NCBI GenBank assembly: GCA_964472415.1
Contig: CAYYLC010000003.1
Coordinates: 2,219-66,218, forward strand
Direction: 5' to 3'
DNA from: an uncultured Gammaproteobacteria bacterium
Lineage (GTDB): Bacteria > Patescibacteriota > Microgenomatia > Levybacterales > GWA1-39-11
DNA length: 64,000 bases
Shown here piece after piece: positions 9,701 through 18,608 of the stretch (its first letter is position 1; every line of letters starts with the position of its first letter). Under the pieces are notes generated by a model. It had not been told where the DNA came from and searched no databases. It was given only the letters and a program-made list of their open reading frames with translations. The position numbers were made by a program, and so were the translations under genes.

Positions 9701-10378
9701 TTATTGGAGAAGTTGATTTTGTTGATTGAGTCTTTCTTGCGCATCTGGTGCAAGAAGAGGAGAACTTGGTGCAAGAATTACGTCTAGATTTACAAATCCT
9801 ACAGCAAGCACTTTCCCATCGGCTTCATTTATAGTTGTTTCATCAGAAATAGTAATTGATGTGGTGTTGCTCGTATCGGGATGAGGAGTGAATCGTATAT
9901 CTGCTATTTTTCCCTCGCCGCTTATAACATTATCGCTTCCAATGACTACTTCAAGGTATCCTTTATTTTGATCCTCATTGATGATAAATACTTTTGTTTG
10001 GGGACCGAAAAGTGGCTGGTCGGCAGCTGGTTCTACAGATATATTTCGGATAAGAGTAGGGTTGTATTTGAGAGCGAGGCGGACGCTTTTTATATAGTTG
10101 CCCTTTACATTCATAAATAGTGCAGCTATTTGCTGCCCCACTATTTTTGAATTTGCAAGATCTATGATAGGAGGGTCAAAATATAACTCTGCGTCATATG
10201 ACGTTTCCTGCGCTGTTTTTTGAGGAGTTTTGTCTTCAGATGGGGACTCATTATTTTTTGAAAAAAATGCAAATATCAAGATAACAGTAATGATTAGGCT
10301 TAGGATCGTAATTCCTATAATGATTAGTGTCCTTCTATTTTTTAGTATTTCAATAGTCATAATAGCTAATTTCTGCAT
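9701..10378 (-). CDS. cohesin-like secreted protein (signal-anchor)
   Basis: N-terminal TM helix. LALKYNPTLIRNISVEP and GEGKIADIRFTP parallel the cohesin core of the 3595..4257 protein. Confidence 0.45.
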   Translation of the reverse strand: MQKLAIMTIEILKNRRTLIIIGITILSLIITVILIFAFFSKNNESPSEDKTPQKTAQETSYDAELYFDPPIIDLANSKIVGQQIAALFMNVKGNYIKSVRLALKYNPTLIRNISVEPAADQPLFGPQTKVFIINEDQNKGYLEVVIGSDNVISGEGKIADIRFTPHPDTSNTTSITISDETTINEADGKVLAVGFVNLDVILAPSSPLLAPDAQERLNQQNQLLQ

Positions 10379-12123
10379 TCACCGTATCTACTTGAAAATG
10401 GTTTTCTACAAAAACTTCCAAACTTCCCATCTTTGGTATTTCTACAGCTGATGTTATCCTCACAACATTTTGAGTCAGCACTTCTGACGCAGGCAACAGA
10501 GCACTCAGCCTTAGGATCTGTTGGATTTACGACTGTGCAGCGTGAAGGGTCATTTGTTCCACCTTGGGGCATTTTTGTGGGAGAGAGTTGATCCGTAATG
10601 GTTGGATTTGTACTTGAGCTTGGAGGATTACAGGTTTGAAATCCTGCGTTATTGATACAGACAGAACCAGTATTACAACATGGGGCGCTTCCGTAGCATG
10701 CATTGCCATCCGCTACGCATGATGGTTGAGAGGTTGCTGTTGAGTATGAGATTGATTGATAGTTATTCTCTTCATTTGTCTCACGAATTGATTCAGAAGA
10801 GTCAGCCCATGCGATCATGGTGAAAGACCCTATCTCATCTGGTGCTGAGACAATAGGAGGACTATTGAGCGAAACGTTTTTTCTTACTTCTTCGTTCTGT
10901 GAAAGATTTACGCTAAATGTCTGATTTTTTGTGGCGCATTGGGATGGGTCTCCGGGACATTGTGATTTGATCCCAGACACAGATCCATTCCTGAAAATTG
11001 ATACCGTGATATTGCCTTTATACGCATCTCCATTATTTTTAATAACCACAGTTGCAGTCATAGATTCTTTCGGGCTGTATGTGCTTTTATTTATTTCGAT
11101 TCTTGGGAGTTGGATGTCATAATTTGCTGATGGTGCAGGGGTAGGATTAGGGGCTGATACATCAGGACAGCGATAGAAGTATTGGGTGATTGCAGAGCCA
11201 GTCGTGACATCACAATACGGATCGGCGCCGCTTGAGTCATAGTCGTATCGAGCTACCCATTGAGCATTTTCTTTTGCACATGTAGGATTTCCGACAGGTG
11301 TCATAGTGGAAAGAGTCGGCGCAGCGTCTCCACAATATCCCACACCAGGAACTGGAGGGATTGTGGGTTGAGCAGGTGCAGAGTTGTCTGGTGGTATTGG
11401 CTGTTGTGGGGGCGCTGTGTCACCGCTGTTTCCATCACCACTATTGTCTGGAGCAATAAGTTGACAGCAGGTAAGACCGACTTGGCAGCTCGAATTTCTC
11501 CCTGAATATGATACTCTACCTGCTGAACAGGAGGTTTGGCATTCGTATTCTCTTTCTCCTCCCCTCAGGCTATTTCCTATATTGACACAAGTGTTTGCGG
11601 TGGGTGGGAGGGGGACTACTGGGGGATCAGCCGGAGGAGGCGTGGAGTCTTGAGAAGCATAACAGCATGTTAATCCAGTCCCGCAAGTAAAGGATGATGC
11701 GGTATGTCCAGCTGGGCATAAGTTGCCTGGATAACAGGTATATGAGTAATTGCCCACAGGACAGTTATTAACAGGTGCTGGTGCTTTCGTGGGGGCCGGC
11801 GGGTCAGGAATATATGGAGGAAAGTTTGGGATATCGCCACCTGGGTCGTGGGCACATATGCCATCTATGCAGATCCCAAGCTCACAGTCATCAGCTTTAT
11901 CTCCATTACCATTTAGGTCTTCACAGCTGTACCCAACTCTCTTTTTGCATTCATCTTTTACGCACGTTTTTACGCCTCTACAGTAGATTCCGCAGACATT
12001 ATTTTGAGTAGTAGATTGTTGTGCAGAAGCGGTGTCTGTAGAGAGAGTTATAATCCCGAAAAAAATCAAAGCAAGAAGAACGATAATATTTTTACACCAC
12101 GTAACTTCAGATAATGACTTCAC
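10366..12123 (-). CDS. large secreted cysteine-rich protein (putative adhesin)
   Basis: Signal peptide and more than 50 Cys in repeated Cys-rich modules. A CARDB-like beta segment ATVVIKNNGDAYKGNITV. Pro-rich linkers. Confidence 0.5.
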   Translation of the reverse strand: MKSLSEVTWCKNIIVLLALIFFGIITLSTDTASAQQSTTQNNVCGIYCRGVKTCVKDECKKRVGYSCEDLNGNGDKADDCELGICIDGICAHDPGGDIPNFPPYIPDPPAPTKAPAPVNNCPVGNYSYTCYPGNLCPAGHTASSFTCGTGLTCCYASQDSTPPPADPPVVPLPPTANTCVNIGNSLRGGEREYECQTSCSAGRVSYSGRNSSCQVGLTCCQLIAPDNSGDGNSGDTAPPQQPIPPDNSAPAQPTIPPVPGVGYCGDAAPTLSTMTPVGNPTCAKENAQWVARYDYDSSGADPYCDVTTGSAITQYFYRCPDVSAPNPTPAPSANYDIQLPRIEINKSTYSPKESMTATVVIKNNGDAYKGNITVSIFRNGSVSGIKSQCPGDPSQCATKNQTFSVNLSQNEEVRKNVSLNSPPIVSAPDEIGSFTMIAWADSSESIRETNEENNYQSISYSTATSQPSCVADGNACYGSAPCCNTGSVCINNAGFQTCNPPSSSTNPTITDQLSPTKMPQGGTNDPSRCTVVNPTDPKAECSVACVRSADSKCCEDNISCRNTKDGKFGSFCRKPFSSRYGECRN

Positions 12124-12162
12124 CTATTTTATTGAAACCCTTTTTTTCCATGGTGTCAATAT

Positions 12163-12681
12163 TTAGCATCCAGTAGGATTGCCATCGTAGGTCGCAATAT
12201 CAGCTTCATTGCTAACAAGTCGTATCCGCCAGCTATTGGTGTTAAATTGAAGGCTATTGGGGAGGAGAAAAGTTTGGTTCATCGTTCCGCCAGGAAAGTC
12301 AAGGGTAATAATTTGCTGGTAATTTCCAGAATTCTCAACTTCTAGAATAATATTTCCTGTATCGCTCGAGGCAATTGTGGCTGTTGCTTCCATCCTGGGT
12401 TCTTTGGCGGTTTGACATCCGAGGAGTGAGACGGTAATCGTTTCATTTGTATTATCTTCCGGTGCTTGGGTGGGTGTCAGGGTGAGAGTGGCGGATGGAG
12501 AAGATGAGGGTGTGGTCGAGATGTCTGGGAGATACTCTCCTTCTGAAGGGTTGGCAGGAGTTAGCTCAAAATCACTAAATCCTGAAACCATCATTATGGA
12601 GAAGAGTAGTATTGCGATGAGAATTACCGCAACAAACGCAAACCCAGATTCAGGATTATTATTCTGAAAATATTTTTTCAT
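12163..12681 (-). CDS. small membrane-anchored secreted protein
   Basis: N-terminal hydrophobic anchor (PESGFAFVAVILIAILL), a T/P/S linker and a C-terminal beta-rich domain. No E at +5, so not called a type IV pilin. Confidence 0.4.
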   Translation of the reverse strand: MKKYFQNNNPESGFAFVAVILIAILLFSIMMVSGFSDFELTPANPSEGEYLPDISTTPSSSPSATLTLTPTQAPEDNTNETITVSLLGCQTAKEPRMEATATIASSDTGNIILEVENSGNYQQIITLDFPGGTMNQTFLLPNSLQFNTNSWRIRLVSNEADIATYDGNPTGC

Positions 12682-12683
12682 AT

Positions 12684-13622
12684 CTATGAATTTCCGCCTA
12701 CGGAGTTACAGATCTTTGTTGAAATTTCGTTGTAGATTTGATCAAGGTTTTCAGGGTTTGGTGTTTCATAATAGCTGTCTTCAGATGCTATGCGTTGCAT
12801 CATATCTTTTAAGTCATTCTGAAAACAGGTGTCTCGAGAGTCAAATAATGCAATTGCGAATATTCGAATCCCTGAGTTTTTGATTTGCTGGGCTAGATCT
12901 CCGCCCGAAATTGAAGTATTTGTAGGGTCTTGTGTAGTTTCAAAGCATCTATTTCTATCGGGCGAGCATGCGGGTGCTGTGCAGGTTCGGAAAATGGATT
13001 CAGGGATTCCATCCGAAAGGAATACGAGATTGTGTTGTTTGTCAGGAAATCGTTGTTGTGCTGTTATGAGGCGTTGTATGGCGAGGTTAAATGCGCTTCT
13101 TGTTTGAGTAGCACCACTTGCGTGGAGAGAAGTGATGGCAGATCTCATTTGTGTGCTGTTGTTTGAGAATAAATCAATAGGTACGTTTTCAGTCACGTTT
13201 TGTGAATAGCTAATAAGCCCTGTGACAGAGCTATCTCCCATTTGGTCAAGGAACCTATTCAGTGCTTGTTTGAGATTTGGTAATTTATTACCAAACTCCA
13301 TGGATCCTGAGCGATCTACGAGAAGTGCTGCGGATGCTTGACCTTTACATTCTTTAAATCTAATGGTTTTTAACTGTAGGTTTCCTCTGGTATTATCAAG
13401 TTCACGGAGCGATTCTTCATCTATCTCATATACTGCTTCAGGATTTTCTGGTGTAGAAAGTTGTTCTTTTGGAAAAGGATTTCCTCCTGTTAAAAAGAAT
13501 GCTCCTCCAATAACAACTCCTAAGAATGCAAGGAATATAGCCTTGCTTCCCGAGAGGAGGGAGGTTGGAGATGAAGCTCCACCAAAATTATAAAATCCAT
13601 TCTTCTTATTTCTATTCGCCAT
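12684..13622 (-). CDS. membrane-anchored von Willebrand factor A (vWA) domain protein
   Basis: N-terminal TM helix. MIDAS motif LLVDRSGSM (DxSxS) with downstream T and D residues. BatA/B-like architecture. Confidence 0.7.
   Translation of the reverse strand: MANRNKKNGFYNFGGASSPTSLLSGSKAIFLAFLGVVIGGAFFLTGGNPFPKEQLSTPENPEAVYEIDEESLRELDNTRGNLQLKTIRFKECKGQASAALLVDRSGSMEFGNKLPNLKQALNRFLDQMGDSSVTGLISYSQNVTENVPIDLFSNNSTQMRSAITSLHASGATQTRSAFNLAIQRLITAQQRFPDKQHNLVFLSDGIPESIFRTCTAPACSPDRNRCFETTQDPTNTSISGGDLAQQIKNSGIRIFAIALFDSRDTCFQNDLKDMMQRIASEDSYYETPNPENLDQIYNEISTKICNSVGGNS
13417..13563. repeat. exact 147-bp direct repeat, copy 1 (5' coding region of vWA gene)
   Basis: Identical by eye to 14277..14423. 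It encodes the shared signal-anchor segment SLLSGSKAIFLAFLGVVIGGAFFLTGGNPFPKEQLSTPENPEAVYEID. Confidence 0.85.
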
Positions 13623-13624
13623 AG

Positions 13625-14470
13625 TTATGATCCTACAGAGCTACAGATTTTTTCCCCAATTTCCTTATAAATATTCTCCAGTTCAGCTCCAGTAGGAGAG
13701 TGGTAGTAATGATTAGGCGAAGAAGCAAGCCTTTGTAGTAATCGTGAGCCTGAGTCATTGGCGTTAGGAAAAATCCCAATGGTATAGACAGTCACGCCCA
13801 TGTTTTTAATTTCATCAGCTGGATTTGGGTCAAATAATGTAGGATCTTGTTCGGGAGGCACTGGTATCCCGTCAGACAGAAAAATGAATGAAAACTTTCT
13901 GTCGGGGTATTGTGGGAGCGCCTCATCGAGGCGAGCTTTTGCATATGCGAGTGCATCATGGGTGGGCGTTTCCCCTCCTGGTGATAGTCCATTTATACGA
14001 TCAGAAATTATACTCTTTACATCACGATAATAAGAAACTGGAATATCAGTAGTCCTGCTAGCACTGTTAAAAGACTGAATGCCGATTACAGAATTATCAC
14101 TAAGGTTATTAGTAAAAGTGAGTACAGCGTTTTTCATTTGATTTATCTTTTGCCCTCTCATAGATCCAGATCTATCAAGCATCATTGTTACTGCTGATAC
14201 TCCACCGCACTCCTTAAATCCGATAGTTCGAAGCTGTAAATTTACCCTTCCACTTTCATCAGGTTGTAAGGCACTCTCATCTATCTCATATACTGCTTCA
14301 GGATTTTCTGGTGTAGAAAGTTGTTCTTTTGGAAAAGGATTTCCTCCTGTTAAAAAGAATGCTCCTCCAATAACAACTCCTAAGAATGCAAGGAATATAG
14401 CCTTGCTTCCCGAGAGGAGGGAGCCTTTGGGGTGTCCGACAATTGCGCCCCCGCGTTTGTTCTTTGCCAT
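13625..14470 (-). CDS. membrane-anchored vWA domain protein (paralog of upstream gene)
   Basis: MIDAS motif MMLDRSGSM. The N-terminal 49 aa are identical to the neighbouring paralog. Confidence 0.7.
   Translation of the reverse strand: MAKNKRGGAIVGHPKGSLLSGSKAIFLAFLGVVIGGAFFLTGGNPFPKEQLSTPENPEAVYEIDESALQPDESGRVNLQLRTIGFKECGGVSAVTMMLDRSGSMRGQKINQMKNAVLTFTNNLSDNSVIGIQSFNSASRTTDIPVSYYRDVKSIISDRINGLSPGGETPTHDALAYAKARLDEALPQYPDRKFSFIFLSDGIPVPPEQDPTLFDPNPADEIKNMGVTVYTIGIFPNANDSGSRLLQRLASSPNHYYHSPTGAELENIYKEIGEKICSSVGS
14277..14423. repeat. exact 147-bp direct repeat, copy 2
   Basis: Identical to 13417..13563. The flanks diverge immediately at 13416/14276 and 13564/14424. Confidence 0.85.
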
Positions 14471-14623
14471 ACGGTTTTATTGTATGGATAAATTAAGAGT
14501 TAAGTCAAATAGATTTATCGTATTTGCGCTTGCGTATTGAGGTATTCTTTAGTATACTTGCTCGCATCACGCACATTCGGCGTAAAATCCTGAAACATCA
14601 AGCCGAGTGGAGGAAAAAGGATT

Positions 14624-15370
14624 ATGAAACAGATTACATTAGAAGAATTATTGTCAGCTGGTTGTCATTTCGGACATCAGATAAATCGTTCTAACCCCAA
14701 AGCAAATGCGTTTATTTTTGAGGCACGAGCGAATGTCCATATTATTGATTTGGAACAAACACATAAAGGGCTTCTTGAGGCTGCTGAGTTCATGAAAAAA
14801 ATTGCTGCAGAGGGGAAGACGTTGGTACTTGTGGGCACTAAAAGACAGGCAAAGCAGGTTGTAGAGGCGCAAATAGAGCGTGCGCGAGTTGTGACACCGG
14901 ACACAATTCATTATGTAACCTCTCGTTGGGTTGGTGGAATTTTAACAAATTTCCAAGAAGTTTCTAAAAATTTCAAACGGCTGAAAGAACTTGAGGAGCT
15001 TTTGAGAACTGATCGATCAAAAGAATATACAAAAAGAGAACTGGCATTGTTTGAAAAAGAGCTTGCAAAATTAAGGAATTATTATGGAGGAATCCAGGAT
15101 TTGAAATCTACCCCTGATGCACTTTTTATTATCGATACCCATTATGAAAAAACTGCGGTTAGCGAAGCAAATCGAGTAAATATTGAGACAGCGGGGATTG
15201 TCGACACGAATGGAGACCCTTCATCAGTTGATTATGCAATTCCAGCAAACGATGATGCAGTAGGTTCTATAGAGCTTATTACGTCATATATAATAGATGC
15301 GTGGATTGAAGGATCAAAGAAGATAAAAAGTGAAAAGGAAGAGGCAAAAGTTGAGAAAGCAGGAAAATAA
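14624..15370 (+). CDS. rpsB: 30S ribosomal protein S2
   Basis: LLSAGCHFGHQINRSNPKANAFIF and the overall S2 pattern. RBS GAGTGGAGGAAAAAGG upstream. Confidence 0.95.
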   Translation: MKQITLEELLSAGCHFGHQINRSNPKANAFIFEARANVHIIDLEQTHKGLLEAAEFMKKIAAEGKTLVLVGTKRQAKQVVEAQIERARVVTPDTIHYVTSRWVGGILTNFQEVSKNFKRLKELEELLRTDRSKEYTKRELALFEKELAKLRNYYGGIQDLKSTPDALFIIDTHYEKTAVSEANRVNIETAGIVDTNGDPSSVDYAIPANDDAVGSIELITSYIIDAWIEGSKKIKSEKEEAKVEKAGK

Positions 15371-15373
15371 ATT

Positions 15374-15826
15374 ATGAAAGTATCAGCATCGGATATTAAA
15401 AAACTGAGAGAAATGACATCTGCGGGATTTGCAGATTGTAAGCAAGCTTTAGAAGCGGCAAGTGGTGATCTTAAAAAAGCAGAAGAGATTCTGAAAGAAA
15501 AAGGGATTGCAAAGGCTGCAAAAAAAGGCGACCGTGCAACTGGAAGTGGAGTAGTGGAGACATATGTGCATTTAAATGGACGAATTGGAGTTGCGGTAGC
15601 GCTACTTTGTGAGACAGATTTTGTTGCACGAACAGATGAATTCAAGAATCTCGCACACGAGATTGCTATGCAGATTGCTGCGATGAATCCAGAGAGTAAA
15701 GATGAGCTCTTGAAGCAGGATTATATCCGTGATGGAGGAAAGACTATCGAGGGTCTGATCAAAGAGGCAATCGCGAAGCTCGGTGAGAATATTCAGCTTG
15801 GAGAGTTTTCAAGAATTGCTATTTAG
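15374..15826 (+). CDS. tsf: elongation factor Ts (short form)
   Basis: The N-terminal UBA-like IKKLREMTSAGFADCKQAL and the core GRIGVAVALLCETDFVART. Immediately downstream of rpsB. Confidence 0.85.
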   Translation: MKVSASDIKKLREMTSAGFADCKQALEAASGDLKKAEEILKEKGIAKAAKKGDRATGSGVVETYVHLNGRIGVAVALLCETDFVARTDEFKNLAHEIAMQIAAMNPESKDELLKQDYIRDGGKTIEGLIKEAIAKLGENIQLGEFSRIAI

Positions 15827-15980
15827 TTTCTATTTCTGTAAAAGTTGAACCTCTTCCTTTTCATTTTTTTCAAATCTATAATTATATTCTCAATGTATCT
15901 GTTTGTGAATTTAGTGGAGAGATAATGAGAAAGAAAAGAGGGCTACAATGAATTTGTATTATCCTGTATAATAGTTCTCT

Positions 15981-17087
15981 ATGCTGATTACGATTATTGC
16001 ATTTCTTCTTATATTGTCAGTCCTTGTTTTGGTGCACGAATTGGGACATTATTTCGTAGCAAAATTTTTTAAAATAAAAGTCGAAGAGTTTGGGTTTGGA
16101 TTTCCACCGCGAGTTTTTGGGAAAAAGGTTGGTGAAACGTTGTATTCTATAAATCTTCTCCCAATCGGAGGGTTCGTCAAGCTTTATGGTGAAGATGATG
16201 CGGGAGGTGGGAGTCTTAATATAAAGAAAAAAGCGGAAACTGAGGACCTTTCCCGAGCATTTTTTGCGCGACCTTTATGGCAGCGGATGAGTGTAGTTGT
16301 GGCTGGAGTTGCAATGAATTTTCTTCTTGCAGTTATTGTGATCTCAGCTCTTTTTGCAACACAGGGGGTTGCGGTTCCTACAGAGAATATTTTAATCAAC
16401 GATATACAGAGCGATTCGCCCGCAGAGATTGCAGGGCTTCAATCAGGAGATGAGGTAGTTTCTGTAAACGGGCAAGAGATGCAAACTCCTGAAGAATTTA
16501 TCGTGATAACGAACGATAATTTAGGTGAAGAAATGCTGCTGCTAATTTTACGTGAAGGAAAAGAGATGCAAATTTCTCTTACTCCGAGAATAGATGCACC
16601 AGAAGGACAAGGTGCATTGGGTGTAGTGATTTCAAATGTGAAAGTTAAGAAATATGCATGGTATGAAGCGCCGTTTTATGGAACACTTGAAGCGGCTAAT
16701 TTTTCTCGAATGATTTTTCTCGGATTGGTAACGTTGGTTAGTGATCTATTTACCACGGGCCAAGCTCCTGAAGGAGTAACCGGGCCAGTAGGAGTGGCGC
16801 AGCTTACCGGGACAGTTGTTGAGAATGGAATTGTTGCGACATTGTGGTTCGTGTCTCTTTTGTCGCTCAATCTTGCGGTACTCAATATTCTCCCCATTCC
16901 CGCACTTGATGGAGGAAGATTTTTCTTTCAGATAATTGAGCTTGTAACTCGAAAAAAAGTAAGTCAGAAGTATGAAGGATATGCACACTTTGCAGGACTT
17001 GTAGTGCTTCTCGGCTTGATGCTTTTAATTACTGTTTTTGATGTAGGGCGATTAATTTCGGGGCAGAGTTTAATACCAGAATTGTAA
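15981..17087 (+). CDS. rseP: RIP metalloprotease RseP (site-2 protease, M50)
   Basis: HExxH motif in the first TM helix (LVHELGHYF). A central PDZ-like region. The C-terminal LDGG motif (ALDGGRFFF). Confidence 0.85.
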   Translation: MLITIIAFLLILSVLVLVHELGHYFVAKFFKIKVEEFGFGFPPRVFGKKVGETLYSINLLPIGGFVKLYGEDDAGGGSLNIKKKAETEDLSRAFFARPLWQRMSVVVAGVAMNFLLAVIVISALFATQGVAVPTENILINDIQSDSPAEIAGLQSGDEVVSVNGQEMQTPEEFIVITNDNLGEEMLLLILREGKEMQISLTPRIDAPEGQGALGVVISNVKVKKYAWYEAPFYGTLEAANFSRMIFLGLVTLVSDLFTTGQAPEGVTGPVGVAQLTGTVVENGIVATLWFVSLLSLNLAVLNILPIPALDGGRFFFQIIELVTRKKVSQKYEGYAHFAGLVVLLGLMLLITVFDVGRLISGQSLIPEL

Positions 17088-17090
17088 ATT

Positions 17091-17651
17091 ATGAATGATA
17101 TTGTAACTTCTTCAAAACAAAAGATGGAAAAGGTCTTTGACGTATTGAAGACAGATCTTGGTACTGTGCGAACCGGAAAGGCAAATAATCAAATGGTAGA
17201 AAATATTGAAATAGTTGCATATGGAGGTTCAGCGAGGCTTAAGATTTTAGAGCTTGCGAGTATTTCTGTCCCAGATCCAAAGACGATCATTGTTACCCCA
17301 TTTGACGCATCTGTGATTGGGGATATTGAGAAAGGAATTAATGATTCGGGCCTCGGGATAAATCCAGTGGTAACAGATAATATTATTCGACTCTCGGTTC
17401 CGCCATTGACTGAGGAGCGTAGGGCTGAGATGGTGAAGATGATCAATCAGAAATGTGAGAATGGGAAGGTTATGATCAGGCAAGTCAGACAAGACGGTAT
17501 GCGAGAAATTAAAAAGCTTAAAGACGAGGCAAACGTATCTGAAGACGACGTAAGCCGAAGTGAGAAAGAAGTACAAAAGTATACAGACGAATTTATTAAA
17601 AACATCGATACGCTCCGTGACCTCAAAGAAAAGGAGCTAATGACTGTATAG
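17091..17651 (+). CDS. frr: ribosome recycling factor
   Basis: Length 186 aa. VRTGKANNQMVENIEIVAYGG and IRLSVPPLTEERR are typical of RRF. Confidence 0.9.
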   Translation: MNDIVTSSKQKMEKVFDVLKTDLGTVRTGKANNQMVENIEIVAYGGSARLKILELASISVPDPKTIIVTPFDASVIGDIEKGINDSGLGINPVVTDNIIRLSVPPLTEERRAEMVKMINQKCENGKVMIRQVRQDGMREIKKLKDEANVSEDDVSRSEKEVQKYTDEFIKNIDTLRDLKEKELMTV

Positions 17652-17691
17652 TTAGGGAAAGTGTATCTTTTCTGAATCGTAGAATATTCAT

Positions 17692-18297
17692 ATGAAAATT
17701 CCAAGAGCAGTAGAACGCGTGATAGAAGGATTTGAGCGACTCCCCGGAATAGGTCCGAAGTCAGCACAGCGCTTGGGATTTTACCTTCTTCATGTCCCTC
17801 AGGATCAGCTTGAAGAGTTTGCGCAAGCATTATCTCAACTCAAAAAAGAAACAATGATGTGTGAAAATTGTTTTAATATTGGGAATAGTGAGCTTTGTGA
17901 AATTTGCAGTGATGAGAAGAGGGATCAAGGATTTATTTGTGTGGTAGAAGACCCGCTTGATGTCGTAGCCATAGAAAAGAGCAGGAAATTTTCGGGGACA
18001 TATCATGTACTCCATGGAGTGATTGATCCTCTTAATTCTATTGGTCCCGATGATATTTATATTCCACAATTATTAGATCGGTTGAGAAAGGATTCTGATG
18101 TCCACGAGATTCTTGTTGCGACGAATCCTACGATGGAGGGGGAGGCGACTGCAATGTATCTGAATAAGCAGATGCAGGAGAAACATCCTGATATTAAGAT
18201 TACGAGAATCGGTCGCGGATTGCCGATCGGTGCGGATATCGAGTACGCTGATGAAACGACGATTTCCCGAGCTCTTGAGGGAAGAAGTGAGTACTAG
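17692..18297 (+). CDS. recR: recombination protein RecR
   Basis: Helix-hairpin-helix LPGIGPKSAQRL, a C4 zinc finger CENCFNIGNSELCEIC, and a Toprim region. Confidence 0.9.
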   Translation: MKIPRAVERVIEGFERLPGIGPKSAQRLGFYLLHVPQDQLEEFAQALSQLKKETMMCENCFNIGNSELCEICSDEKRDQGFICVVEDPLDVVAIEKSRKFSGTYHVLHGVIDPLNSIGPDDIYIPQLLDRLRKDSDVHEILVATNPTMEGEATAMYLNKQMQEKHPDIKITRIGRGLPIGADIEYADETTISRALEGRSEY

Positions 18298-18302
18298 GTT
18301 GC

Positions 18303-18593
18303 CTATTTTTCTTCGGTAGGGTTGTTTTGAGTATTCTCTCCAGTGGAATTTAACAATCCTGAGACTTGCTGTTGGGGGAAGCTTTCAGCTTGTTGTGATG
18401 AGTTTTCTGGATGGAAAGGAGGGTTTGCACTGTTGTCTTCTGGGATTTGCGGTTGGATTGGAGGAATTTCCGTAGGGATTATTTGCTTGAGTCTTTGCTC
18501 TTCTTTTCTTTTGTTAAATATATCGCGCCCTTCTGAAATTTCTTCCATAGGTATACAGATTACAGGAATCGTGCAAGATGTGTCAAGGAACAT
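18303..18593 (-). CDS. small acidic Pro/Gln-rich hypothetical protein
   Basis: ORF only. It is the last gene of a minus-strand run with the CofE-like gene. Low-complexity composition. Confidence 0.25.
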   Translation of the reverse strand: MFLDTSCTIPVICIPMEEISEGRDIFNKRKEEQRLKQIIPTEIPPIQPQIPEDNSANPPFHPENSSQQAESFPQQQVSGLLNSTGENTQNNPTEEK

Positions 18594-18608
18594 ACTGATC
18601 TAGTCTTT

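Noticed and set aside
12163-12681. Type IV pilin / pseudopilin call for the 172-aa anchored protein
   Set aside because: The N-terminus (PESGFAFVAVILIAILL) lacks the prepilin G-F-T-L-I-E arrangement, since there is no Glu at +5 after the Gly. It is only a signal-anchor, and no pilus assembly genes are nearby.
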